Shown here: in pieces, positions 11,313-23,913 of the stretch
Position numbering within the stretch: position 1 is the stretch's first letter
How the letters are laid out: every line of letters starts with the position of its first letter
Assembly (NCBI GenBank): GCA_003990765.1
Contig: RBNJ01000194.1
Span: 1 to 37,194 of the forward strand
From: Jimgerdemannia flammicorona
Taxonomy: Eukaryota
Direction of reading: 5' to 3'
Length of the DNA stretch: 37,194 nucleotides
The notes under the pieces: generated by a model
Seen by the model: the letters and a program-made list of their open reading frames with translations, nothing else
Databases searched by the model: none
Told to the model about the DNA's origin: nothing
Program-made: the position numbers and the translations under genes

Positions 11313-14300
11313 AAGAACCAATATCCTCATTAAGTTCTTAGATAATACAAGACTAGATATACTTAATCAAAATTTCTCAAACTTATATTAGTACATTGGT
11401 AGGGATTGACCATCTTCATATAGAGCAGAGGGCCTATTACCAGACTAATCAACTGAGAGGGGTTCGAACTTAGCTAGTAGCTTCATTTTGGTGGACTTCT
11501 TATTCATTAAATATTCTGCTGGTTCTGGGGTTCCAAAGTAAACTTCTGATGCATAAGGCACTGATCATTGCTATAGATCATCAATAATCCAAGAAAGTCA
11601 CTATAGAAATTGGGCAATGCATTTTATCTTGAAGTCTTGAACTAGATCTTGAGGTTGACCAGTAGTTCCCAGGTAGCATCATATTCAGAGTAACCCATCT
11701 ACTTGACTAAGTATTCAGGATGGCAGTAGTGGATTCATTTGTCAAGAATTTTCTCAGCTTCATACTTGATATGATCTTCAATAATTACAGAGATAGATGG
11801 CTTAGGAATTTAACCAGAGTAGAGCAGTAACTAGTTTCAGGTCTTAAGGTGTGACATATGAAAGACTGGGTGTACTCTCATGGTTTCAGGTAACTTGAGG
11901 TGGTAGAAGAATGCAGAGACTTATTCAGTGATCTCAAAAAGTCCAATATACTTAGATTGGAACTTGTTCAAAGGACAGTTGACTTGAGATTATATCTTGA
12001 GGTTCTCAGTAGACAGTAGGACTTGATCTCCAACAATATAAGTGACATTATGGTATTTCTTGTCAGCATATTTGGCTTGATGCTATTGAGCCTTCTGAAG
12101 ATTCATGGTAGTAATCTTGAGTAGTTGGTCTATTTTATCTATAAGGTTCTTAGTGATAAAGACTTGTATTTGACTGCTTTTCTTAAAAGAGAATAGATTT
12201 GCAGGGGTCTTGGGATCTTGACTATGAAGTAATCAGAAAGGGGAAAGACCAGTAGATGATTGGATGGTATTGTTGTATGCAAACTCCACATAAGTCAGAT
12301 AGTGGTCCTAATCATCTTACTTATAAGAAATATAGTTTTTAAGCATTTGTTCTAGAGTTCTATTCATATGCTTGGTTTGTCCATCAGTTTGTAGGTGAAA
12401 GACAGTAGATATAGCTAATTGAATTCCCATGGTCTTGAAGAGAGTTTGCCAGAAGTGACTGATGAACTTTGGGTCACAATTACTGATAATTACTTATGGT
12501 AGACCATAGTGATAGAAGATAGACTTGAAGAAGATTCTTGCAATATTAGGTATAGTAGCATTAGTAGTAGTTGGTTCAGCAACCATAGTCTTGATCAGAC
12601 AGTCAATAAATATGATGATAGCATTAGTACCAGATTGAGTTTATGGTAGTTAAGTTACAAAGTCTATAGTAACTTGCTCAAATTTCTTAGTAGAAATTAG
12701 CAGTAGTTGTAGCAAACTGGCTAGTACTTAGTTGGTAGACTTATTGTACTAGTATAGATTACAGCTAGTAATATAGTTCTTGATTTCCTTGACTATGCTT
12801 GGTCAATAGTAGTGGCATTGAATGTTCTTGACAGTTTTCTCAATTTCCAGATGACTGACAAGAGGGAAATCATGGTGTTCTTGTAAAACCTTATAGTATA
12901 GATTCATGTTTTCAGGTAGATAGACTTAATCTTGATGATAGATTAGATTGTTCTCAACAGTATACATATATATCCTTGAGCTCATTCAAGAAAACTTTAG
13001 TGGCAACTATGTCTTCTTTGTAAGCTTGTTTGATTTGGTCTAGAAATTCTGATACCAAGGTGACTTGTATAATTATAGTGAGGTCAGGGTATCTTGATAA
13101 GGCATCTGATACTATAAGTATCTTGCCAGACTTATAGATGATTGTCAGATTGAAGGTTTGAAGCTTGAGGCTCTACTTGGCTTATAGATATAATAGAGTA
13201 GATTGGGTGTTGATATACTTAAAAGATTGATAATCAGTAATAACATTAAACTCAATACCTTCTAGATAGCATCACCAGTAGTCTAGTGTATGTATTATTA
13301 CCAGTAGTTCCTTCTTGTGAGTGGCTAGCTTTTGTTCAGCTGAGGTCAACTTGTAGGACTTAAAAGCAATAGAATGATGTCCTTTGCTATTATCTTATGA
13401 CAGGACTGCTCTAATGGCAAAATTCAATACATCAGTAGTGACTGTGAATTTTAAGCCTTGATCTGCATTATACAGGACTGGAGTTTGGGTCAGGCAGTTC
13501 TTGAGTTCTTGAAAAGCTTATTGATAGAAAAGGTCCCAGATGTAGAGTACATAGTGGTTTGAGTGTAGGGTCTTTCTCATAAGATTAGTCAGTAACTCAG
13601 CAATTCTAGAGAAGTTTCTGATAAAGCAGCAATAGTAGTCAGCTAGACCAAGGAAGGATCAGAGTTCTGTGAGGTTTGACAGAATGGACTATTCTTTAAT
13701 TACTTCTATCTTGTATAGGTCTACTTGAATTTCTTATGCAGAGATAATGTGGCCAAGATATTTGACTTATTCTTTGAAGAATTCACACTTCTTGAGCTTA
13801 GTGTAAAGCTTGTGTTTTTGTAGGATCTTTAGAACTATTTAAATGTATTTGAGGTGTTCTTCTTTAGTTGCACTAAATATCAGAATATTGTCAAGATATA
13901 CCAATAGGAAAATAAATAGTTGGTTCTTGAATATCTTATTCATTAGGGTCTGAAATGTGACAGGTGTATTAGTGAGATCAAATGCTAAGACCAAGAATTC
14001 ATAGAGTCCAAAAGGAGTCATAAATGTAGTCTTGGGAATATCTTCTAGCTTGATTCAGATCTGGTGATATCCTGACATAAGGTCTAACTTGGTGAAGTAC
14101 TTGGCATTCTTGAGAGTATCAAAGATTTGATCAATCAAGGGTAGCAGATAGTAGTTCTTGACAGTGAGTTTGTTGAGTACATAATAGTCTATATATATTT
14201 ATAGAGTACTATTCTTCTTCTTGATGAATAAGACTGGTGAGCTATAAGGATATTTGCTTGACTGGATAGCTCTTTATATAAGTAGTTCTTCTAGTTCCTT

Positions 14301-15066
14301 CTTGACTACTTCAATTTCAAGTAGCAATATGCAGTATATATTGTGGCATTGGTTATGTATAATGAACTTCGACTGCACGGCTCAATGTGCCACTTGGTGA
14401 AGCACGCGATGTATAACTGAAGGCATTGGTGACGTTTGCGGGTTGATGGTCACATGACAGGTCGTTTGATTCGTGCAGTAATTGATAACAGCGGGAAAAT
14501 GGAGGTTGATGGCTCGCTTGTCCATCTTGGTTAACTTGAAAGGTTCCTGGCGGTCATTTGGGTCTTTGGCAGTGGGTCGGTCTTTGGCGGTCTGGTATCC
14601 TTGGGTTCTTTAGCTATATTGCTGGGGTCTTGAATCTTGAATGGCGGTTGAATGGTGGCAGTCCGAATGGCAGTCTGAATGCGTGGCGGTCATGGTCTTG
14701 AATCCTTGGCTGGGTCTCGGGTCTCGAATGGCGGTCAGGTAACATTTTCTTTCCATGGCAAGAGAAAATTCTTTAACTCAAACTTCCGAGCAATCCGTTG
14801 CTTTAGATTGTTATCTTGTTTTCAGAATTATTCAGTCTCTTGGAGGCAGTGGTTTCTTTGTAATCCTTTTTACTTTTAAATACAAGCTGACTGAGGTTTA
14901 TTCACTCTAAGAATATGGGTTATTTATACAAGTTTGCTAGCTATGGGGGAGGGGGCGCAACTAAGGCTAAGGTATACTACGTTGTGGCAAACTTTGCTAT
15001 GCTATTGGCTTGTATGATGCGAGGTGCAGGCTATTGTTTACTATGGATTGGGTTATAGGAGATAGT

Positions 15067-15390
15067 AACGCTGGATTCAGATGAGCTGACAAAATGCTGA
15101 AAATGGTGGTACTGGGTAGCAACGCTGGATTCAGATGAGCTGACATGATACAATGATTGTTGCCAGAAGCGGTTGTGGAGGGTAGCAATGCTGGATTCGG
15201 ACCTGCTGACAAAATGCTGAAAACGGTGGTACTGGGTAGCAACGCTGGATTCGGATGAGCTGACATGATACAATGATTGTTGCCAGAAGTGGTTGTGGAG
15301 GGTGGCAATGCTGGATTCGGACCTGCTGACAAAATGCTGAAAACAGTGGTACTGGGTAGTAATGCTGGAAACGGACTTGCTGACAAAAGC
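15067..15390. repeat. Higher-order tandem repeat of alternating 54- and 66-bp units (120-bp period)
   Basis: Core AAYGCTGGAWWCRGAY..GCTGACA starts at 15067, 15121, 15187, 15241, 15307 and 15361. Confidence 0.95.
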
Positions 15391-15418
15391 TGGGTTCTCA
15401 CGGCTGATGGGTGGTACT

Positions 15419-16519
15419 CTAGAGGAAATAGTACCCTTTATTTGTGGCGGGCAAATCTTGCTGGGTTGTGATTTCTTCTTCATCATATCTCTCCTCAAAG
15501 GGGGGAAGTGCCGGCCAAGAGGTGAGGGGGTAGAAAAGTGGCCAGTCATCTTCAACAACATTTTCCAATCCCTGAACTGCTTGAATGCAGACAGAGGACT
15601 GGTAGACTCTCTGTTGCTCCTCTTCTTCTTCTGAAGACTTATCAGTTTCAGTGTCAGAGGGGGTTTCTTCAGGGGCAGGGCCTTGGAGTTCTTGGGCCTC
15701 CTCTTCAAAGACAGGAACTTCTTGGGCTTCTTCTTGATTCGGTTCCCAAATGATGAGGTGTGAATTGTGGCTGACAAGGTGGTGGGTGGTTGGGGTAGCT
15801 CCAATGGGTGTTTCTATGGTAATGGGCAGTCCTTCAAATATCTCCATAAGACTCATTAGGTGATCTTGATGGTTGTCTCGGAGTGGGGTGGTGTGGAAAC
15901 CTGGCTGAGTAGGTTCGGTTTGTTGGCTTCCTACGGCAATGCAGTTGCTGCCAATAGTGTTGGCTACTTCAGATTCTATCCAGTCAGTATCTTCAGTTGA
16001 AAGGCAGAAGAGGCTGCCAGCTGTTACTCCTTGCAAGTGTGCTATAGCCCAGAGAATATGGCGGAAGATTTGGTGGACATGGAGGGCTCTCTTGATTAGC
16101 TGGCTGGTGGTTAACATTTTGGCAATGAGGTCTTCCTGATCATCTTCTTGAGTCTCATTGTGAAGGCAGTGTCCGATTTCATAGTCATGCCAGAGGGTCA
16201 TTCGTTCAGTAGAGTCTTTGAGCTATTGGGTCATTATATACCGGTAGTTGATAAAGTATCCAAGGTCCTCGGTATAGAAGTTCAAGTGTTTGGAAGTATC
16301 AGGACGCCAGATGGCCTTCTTGATAGCTTCAAAGATCAGGGTCTTTGGGCCAGGCAAAGGGGTAGAGCAGCGGGAGGTCTGGTTGGATTGGCGAATGGGA
16401 GGTATTGTGTGATAGATACTTGGTTCTTTGGTGCCGATCCCTGAGGCGGAGTATGGTTCCTTAAATAACATGGTCTTCATTTTAGCTCGGATCATCTTGT
16501 CTTCTTTTGGGATGATCAC
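15419..16519 (-). pseudogene. Family-E LTR-internal ORF (up to 367 codons) with a single in-frame TAG; unknown protein with an acidic C-terminal half
   Basis: Track ORFs 16223..16519 and 15419..16201 are in the same frame, separated only by TAG (16223-16225) and 7 sense codons (MTQ*LKDSTERMTLW). The true start may be the ATG at 16495. Confidence 0.8.
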
Positions 16520-16733
16520 CTAATGGGTCAGACTGTCTATTTGATTGTCACGCCATTATATCATCTGATCTTAGCAGTCACTGGTACTCTGTTGTCAATT
16601 GCATATGTCACAATATATTTCTTGAGTAGTACTACTCCTGGGGTCAGTTCAATTTCATGATCAACTTCTTATGTAGGTGGTAGACCAGGTAGCTTGTCTG
16701 GAAAGACATTCTTGAATTCTTCTAGCATACTAT

Positions 16734-19700
16734 CACTTAATTAAAAGACTACTACCATTAAAAACTCCTACCCCAGCTTTAATTAGAAGGGCCAGACTCT
16801 CTATATTCTCACTAAGATACTGTCTTTTGCCAGTATCACTAGTTCATCAAGTACCTTCACCATTCCCATCTCTATAAAGATCATCAAGAAACTCTACTCT
16901 AAAACTAGACTCAGATAGTGAAGACAAATCAGACATGAGTTATCTTCAGAAATTCCATAGTACAGATGAAGATATCAAGGAATTCTTTGGAGAAATTGAA
17001 GTACAAGCAGCAGCCAAGCAGTGGAGTACCCAGAGAAAGCTCAGAATATTGTAAAATTACTCTTGAGAGATTCTGCTCTACAGAAGTATAACTAAGCAAA
17101 GCAAGTTGAAGAAGATATCTATAAAGTAGAACATATTAACCATCTTTGAGCAAATAGAGACTATGTGGATAGATATTATATTTATAAGACCTGGCTCCAC
17201 ACTCAGTTCAATGGTCTTGAGTACTAATAGAAAGTACAAGAAGCTTTGACCTATATGAGATAAGCTGCCAATAAAACTCTAAAAGATTTCTACTATCAGA
17301 TTCAAGCTCAGATAATCAAGACAAACTTACAACCTATAGCTCTGGTCTCAATCATCTTCCTTAATGAAATATTTCCAGAGCTTTAAAAATGATTAGGATA
17401 GGCTATTGAAGTATTGAGCAACAAGTTGCTAAAACACAAGGATACTGGAAAGTAGACTACAGACTGCTCTAGTAAGTATAAGAATATCAAGAACTAGCTT
17501 AAGCTGAAATCTTAAGAACTTATAGAACTACTACAGAATAAGAGAATACCTACTTAAGAGTCTAATTGGTCAGCTATGAGAACAGATCCCTACTCCCAAT
17601 TCTGACTCAATATAGACAACAGCAGCAGCCTCTACTAAGAATTTAAGAAGACTCTATAACAATGCTTACTAAACAAATAAAAGACCTAGCCATTGTAGTT
17701 ACTCAGTTAAAGAACTAAGGAAGAAGATAACAATATTATCATTAAGATAATAGACCAGACTACCAGCAGCAAGATAACAGGAGTTCTACTCAGGCCCTAC
17801 CAGTTATAATTACAAATTCATCAGTAATAGGTTTCTATATCCTAACTTGCTTTAACTGTGAAAACTAAGATCACATCAAGAGGTTTTGTCTAAAGAAATA
17901 AACTCCATCCAATAATAGAAATATCAACCTTATTCAAGTGGATGAAGAGATCTGAGAAATAGAAAAAAAAGTCACTTGGCTTTATATTTAAGATGATACC
18001 TATTTATACTATAAAGCCTTTATCTCTAAGGTAACTTGGAATACAGTACCTGCACAGACCAGAGGATGAGAAAGACCTTTAAGGACCCCACTTTTACTAC
18101 TATTGCTAGTAACTATATCTACAGGCAAACATCCAATATATGACTATTCTTCCTTAGATACATACTCCTTAGAAGAAGATAAGAGAGTCAGAAGAGATAC
18201 TTCTGAACCAGAAGCTGGTCCATCAAGAGTATTAAGAGTATCTCTCTGTCTGACCTTGAAGAAGATGAGTATATGAGTATAGAGTTCTCAGTGATGAAAT
18301 ATTTAATAAAAATAAATAAAAGATCTAGATATTGAAGGAGCAATAAGCCCCATAAAGCAGCATCACTTTGGGAATATCTCTGTACTCAGAATACAGATCT
18401 CACAGTTAAATAAGTTCTTAAGAATATACCAGAAGTTAGGCAAAAATTCCTTAAGAAAGCCAAAGAGGATATTAAGAGAATCTCTGTCTAAGAATTACAT
18501 ATACTAGAGTCTAGCACTATTTATGCAATTTATGAATATCAGTGTCAAGAATATTAATCTACAAGGCTAGCTAATAAAAAAGTATAGTAAAAATATCAGA
18601 ATCCTTATTGATACTGAAGTTGTAGTTTGCATTATTATCTAGTAAATACTAAAAAGAATCAGGTAGAGAATTGATGAAGAAACCAAAGTAAGAGTTATCA
18701 TAGTAGATAGATCAGTATATACTCTCTTTGGATTAGTCAAATATATACCTATTCAAGTTGAAAAGGTCTGCCTCAATATATCTTAAGCTGTTATAATCCT
18801 GTAATCTCATATGATCTGATTTTGAAAACTAACTAATTGTACCAAGTTAAAGCTAATATAGACAAAAAAACAACTCCTGGTCTTCACCTTTCATAGACAA
18901 AAGCACAAGGTACCAATTGAGTCAAAAGGATCAAGGAGAGCAATACAGGCCTTTGAGATAGAATTATAAGGATATAGAGATATACTCACTAGTAATTTTG
19001 ATATCTTTAGAGATTCTGAAGGTAGTCAAGAAGACCTTTTTATCAGAGTTATTAATACTGAAAGCCTGGAAGCAAGCATTGATTGAGCTATTAATAAAGA
19101 AGTAGTACTCAAATTTGCAAAACTATCTATATAACCACTTTTACTTCTAAAAGAAAATTGAATTATATGAGCCTTCTGTCTAAGTATATGTATGTGAATA
19201 CTACAATTATTTACACTCACCAAGAGATTATTGTAGCAACTGCTGAATCCTTAATCTCAAAAAGGTTCTAATATCAGTAATTAAAGACAAGGATGAGTTA
19301 AAACAAGTCTCAGTTTTCAGATAAATACAATTATCCACTCCAAAGACTTTTAAGAAGATTTATAAAGAAGAGCAAAAGATCCTCTCTCACCAATCTTTAA
19401 AGACCCTCACAATTGAAAGAAATAACAATAGTATCTATACTATTACCTGAGCTCTCTAGATCATTTTACCTATTTATAATAAATACTGAAAAAGATATCT
19501 AATAAGTAAGGGAATCAAATAGTAGAATGAGAAATTTATCAAGTAAGAATACTGTGATTGTAGAAAGACTGTTACCTATTACTGATACAAATATTGAAGT
19601 ATCTACCTTAGTAAAGATATCTATAAGAACTAAGTCAAGAGGAAGGATCTTATCTTATAAGAACCTTGAATCTGCTGAACTTGTCAGAAATGTAAAAAGA

Positions 19701-20775
19701 TCAATCAAGAAGGAGACTATAAAGCTAAGAACAAGTTCTCTATCTAGGACCTATTATTAGAAATTATTACTATTATTTATTAGTATTGCCAGCTACATTA
19801 AGATAAATAAGAAGTCAATCTTATCTTTACCTTCATAGAAGTCTTAGATCTACTTAAAAAAACTAGATTCAACTATACAAAAAATCCAAAGACTGGAGTA
19901 TATTGGTCATTCTTTAAGTAAGAATATATAGAGTTCTTATCTATAGTAATAGCTATTCCTCAAGACCCAGCTAGTCATCTAAGTCAAACTACTGTCATCT
20001 TGAATACAACCTTCTCTTGTATAAATAGAAGTATTAGTAGGATATAACCTCTGTCTTCTCTATTAAACAATGTTCTATCCTAAAACTATTAGGACTTTTG
20101 ACCTTTAAATTGCACTTATTATATTACTTGAACATTATAGATAACTGGTATCAAGATCATCTCTGATAGCTAAAGAAATTACAGTAGAAGGAGGAATTAT
20201 TAATTAGAATTATTAAGGTCCTCTGAAGATCATTATTCACAACAATAGTAGAAATCACTAAGCCTTCAACTTCTTGGAAGCCATCTGTTAAATTCTATTT
20301 ATCAAAATGTCACAGCCTATTATTCAAGAGACAAATCAACTAGACAGTACTAAGAGAGAATAAGAAGGTTTTAGAAGTACCAATAGAATTCCTCAACTAC
20401 AACTTATTGAAGTCCACTTAGAAATAGTAGCTCAGTTCCAACAAATGAAACTACATATCTATCACTCTATCTGAGTAAGAGAAGATATCCTCCTTTAACT
20501 ATTTTAATAAAGAAGTCTTGATATATACCTATCTGCAGATACCAATAACCTGATATTTGAGCTATCAATAGAACTCTGAGAAAAGTATTACCTTCTCCTG
20601 GCTAAAGAATGAATCTATGACCTGATGATACCAATCTATATTCCTATCTAAAACCTGAGCTTTGAAGTAGAAACAATCTCCAGAGAAATAATATTGAGAT
20701 ATTTTGAACCACTGATAGATATCTATAAAGAAGAAGTTTTCAAATTTTTTAGGAAATAGCAAGCCCTCTCTAGTG
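16734..20775 (+). mobile_element. Family-D Ty3/Gypsy fragment (gag, Zn knuckle, protease, long spacer, dUTPase); no LTR or RT seen
   Basis: Gag MSYLQKFHSTDEDIKEFFGEIEVQAAAKQW from 16935; CFNCEN*DHIKRFC at 17848-17889; protease ILIDTEVVVCII at ~18601. Boundaries are approximate. Confidence 0.8.
19990..20381 (+). pseudogene. dUTPase domain of family D, downstream of protease
   Basis: Eroded motifs VGYNL, SRSSL, EGGIIN*NY*GPL, AIC*IL, KRE*EGFRST. Confidence 0.8.
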
Positions 20776-23676
20776 AGACTAATAGTATCAGAGAGAAAGA
20801 CTCAGCAATCAAAGCTATTTATATTAATCTTAAGTACAGACTCTCTATAAAACTAAATAATAAGTTCATCAGATCATTTAAAGTTATTGTACAAGTTTCT
20901 CTAATATCTTATAAACTAGTGCTACTAGACACTATCAAGATTCACCTAGTCTTTAATATTTAATGTCTTAAATAATATAATGAAAATAATGATAAACTAT
21001 TCCCAAATTGAACTATAAAACTACCTATATCTATCATTATTAATAACTATAAGGAATATAAAGTTGAATAAATTCTTAACAAATATAGTCACAAAAACTA
21101 TACAGAATATCTTATTAAATAAAAAGATTATCTGATCTATAATGCTATATAGAAACCCAGAGCAAACTCAGAATACTACCAACTTAGTTTAAGAATATGA
21201 TTCTTTGAATAACTAAAATACTCTAATACTTACTATTGCTATACTATATATACATATTATTTCTCTAAATATTATTAAAAGCACTCTTATAATTACTATG
21301 AATATCTTACTATACTCTTAGCAAATTAAGATAAAAGAAATACTAACTCTCTAGAAAATAGCAAAACTGAAAGCCAGCCTATTCTATCTATACTATTGGT
21401 GGAAAATAAAGTATAGATATTTAAGAAGATTTCTTAAAGGAAATTCCTCAGCAGTAAATAATATCAGAATCACTTCTGGTATATAGTATCAAATATATAA
21501 CTCTTTAATATATAAATTTAGTATTTTAGACAACTATACTATAAGTATATCACTTTTTTTAAAAAAAAAGATATTATTAGACTTTTGACTATTTAAATAG
21601 AGTAATAACACTAGATAAAATTAGAAGAACTTGATGAGAATGTCAAAAACTAAGAAGGGGAGAGTTGTAAGCATACAATCTCTAAGCTACTAAAATTACA
21701 CATCACTCTTAGAATAAATCTAAAAATTATATATAAGATTATAAAGCTAAGTCAAACTGAAGTCACAGATTACAAAACTGAGTCAATTCAAAGTTATAGA
21801 ACACAAGATATATAAAAACAGAACCTTACTAATTAAGACTAAAAGCATATAAACTGAGTATATAGTATATCAAAATAGAGAACTATAACAAATAAATCAT
21901 AACTCTTAAATATATATCCAGTTATGACTACTGAAGTTTACAACTGTATCTATATTAATATTTAGAATACTATTGTCAACTGAATCACAGTGCCTCTGTC
22001 TCTTATGAATATTTATAGCTTAACACTTCTCTACTTTATAGAAGTCTGATAGAATACCCTGAACTACTTAGTGAGGTTTACTGAATTGGACAAATCTCAA
22101 GCTACATACTATTAGATCAGCCATCTCCTGAAAGATATAGTTAATCACTACTATAATATAGATATTACTGAAATATCTCAATACCAGAAACTTATTATAT
22201 ATAAATATCAAAAACTCTTTTATAAATATACCATCTTTATTTTCTATCTCTAAATCACTACTACTAAAATGATTACTACTCTGACCTATAGCCAAATTAA
22301 TGATATAGTATAAGAATTCAACTAGAAATATATTAAGTATACACAAATTACAGATAGATCTTTTTTATACTCAGATGATTACATTCTATAAATATCTTAA
22401 GTAGAATATACTATGTAATAAATCTAGTTCAATAATAATAAAGCAAAAGACAATAATATCTCTGATATTAAAATAACTTCTAACTAAGAATTTCTGCCAA
22501 CTCTGATTACTCTACCAATCTTACTAATGAACTTACAATAGTTTATAATATTTATAAGACCTATTAGAATAATAACTACTGGTATAAATACTAATTTGCA
22601 TTCATACTTAACTATTTTAACTATAATAAAGAAATAAGAAAACACAATCTGTATCTTCAGACAACTCTTAAGATAGAACTAACAACTCTATTTTCTGAGT
22701 ATAAGTGATATAAAGAATAACTATTAGCCTATTATAATCTGCAATATATAAAACTGTAATCTACTAAAAGTATACTAATAGTAAAATTTAATAAAAGCAA
22801 AGATGATATATCTCTTCTCTGCCCACCAACACTATATCTAGCATATGAAATAGACAATACTATCCTGTAGAATAATAACTTTATTTCAACATATTATTAT
22901 ATGAATAAATAGAGAGATATAATCTAAGAACTACTCTTTCTAGATGACTATTTTATTAGAAATAATATCATTAATAGTGATCTTATTGAAAAGTATCCAG
23001 ATAGTGTCTAAAATCTATAAATAGCTTAGCAGTTATTTGTATAATTAGATTAGTCTATTTTATATAACTGTACTCTAACTTATCAGTCAGTTGATTTTTT
23101 GATATATTAGTTCATACTTTATACTATATGACTACATTCTAATTTATCAAATACTAAAGTACTGTATCTATATTTAGCCTAGTCTAGATAGCCTCTTATT
23201 AGTATAAATACTCTCTTTCTCAGATCTCAGAAACTCAGATAGAAATTGAGATAAAAATCAGATAAATACTTCTCTATATAAATATTTTTTCATATACTAC
23301 TCTTAGTATTAGTAAATAAATTTATTTAATAATTTACAAACTACTCTTATGTAAACTCATACTATATTAGATCTCACTTCTAACTAGATCCAGAAATTTT
23401 CTAATTAGATATTATTTATAGTAATTATCAATTCAACTAAGCTAGTCTTAATTTCTTGAACTTTCTAAAATAAGAAAAATTCTAAACATTCAAAATAAAT
23501 CTAAGAAAAAACTTTAGTAGAGACATCAACTCAATCTTGAAATCAATAAATATAGAGAATATACTTTATATGAAATTGATCTTAATCTTAAGAAAATAAT
23601 CTTTCAGAATATCTAGAACTTTTTGAAAACTCTTTCAGAACTATATAATAGTACTCTAACAAAGTACTCTTTTATA
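20776..23676 (+). mobile_element. 3' part of a heavily mutated family-A copy (end of integrase, chromodomain, PPT, 3' LTR)
   Basis: Collinear with ~31540-34487; PPT AAGAAGGGGAGAG at 21652-21664. Confidence 0.85.
21666..23676 (+). repeat. Family-A 3' LTR, strongly AT-shifted copy (2011 bp)
   Basis: TGTAAGC start after the PPT; ends TTTATA (eroded CTTACA). Contains a frameshifted remnant of the LTR ORF at 21924-23011. Confidence 0.85.
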
Positions 23677-23913
23677 TCTTGTGATCTAGAGAACTTACAT
23701 AATGAGGCTTATTTAACATCTCCTCTCAGATCTATACTATAGTATTGTCTTTTATCTTAATATTCTTGACCCAATTCACATCATTCTCACTCTTTCTATC
23801 TCTAAAATGTGCCTCTTCTATTAAGATATATCTTTCTCTATATGAAGATATATCTAGATATACTCTATATAGCCTCTCTATTATACTTCTTCTTTCTTGC
23901 TCACCTAGCTCTG

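Larger units (their letters stand above)
14342..16612 (-). mobile_element. Family-E solo LTR (2271 bp), young insertion into the element-C pol
   Basis: Termini TGTGGCA...TGTCACA; ATAT on both sides (14338-14341, 16613-16616). Removing the insert plus 4 bp restores the host frame (KKYIYCILLLEIEVVKKEL). CpG is retained. Minus-strand TATAAATA at 14921-14928 and AATAAA at 14897-14902. Confidence 0.85.
10832..16733 (-). mobile_element. Family-C chromovirus-type Ty3/Gypsy element, 5'-truncated, interrupted by solo LTR E
   Basis: Minus-strand pol followed by a PPT and a 468-bp LTR. The 5' part is lost upstream of MLEEFKNVFPDKLPGLPP. Confidence 0.9.
11311..16733 (-). pseudogene. Family-C pol pseudogene (RT, RNase H, integrase, chromodomain), split at 14342-16612
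   Basis: [50 protein letters not shown]; integrase FHLQTDGQTKHMNRTLEQML; chromodomain YEAEKILDK..EYLVK*MGY..ATWE (~11650-11765). Confidence 0.9.

Noticed and set aside
14336..14341. 6-bp TSD ATATAT for element E
   Set aside because: Only removal of 4 bp restores the interrupted pol frame.
15067..15390. CRISPR-like array (24-bp core with spacers)
   Set aside because: Spacers alternate between two repeated sequences, there are no cas genes, and the context is a eukaryotic LTR.
14997..15804. Track ORFs 15031..15804 and 14997..15401 as independent genes
   Set aside because: They are alternative frames of the acidic tail of the E ORF and of the 3n-length repeat. They are low-complexity and carry no recognisable motif.
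16223..16225. Programmed stop readthrough or an alternative genetic code
   Set aside because: All three stop types occur, differ between copies and fit C>T/G>A decay, so mutation is the simpler explanation.
15419..16519. LTR ORFs as env genes
   Set aside because: No evident signal peptide, furin site or C-terminal transmembrane anchor, and the ORFs lie inside the LTR rather than between pol and the PPT.
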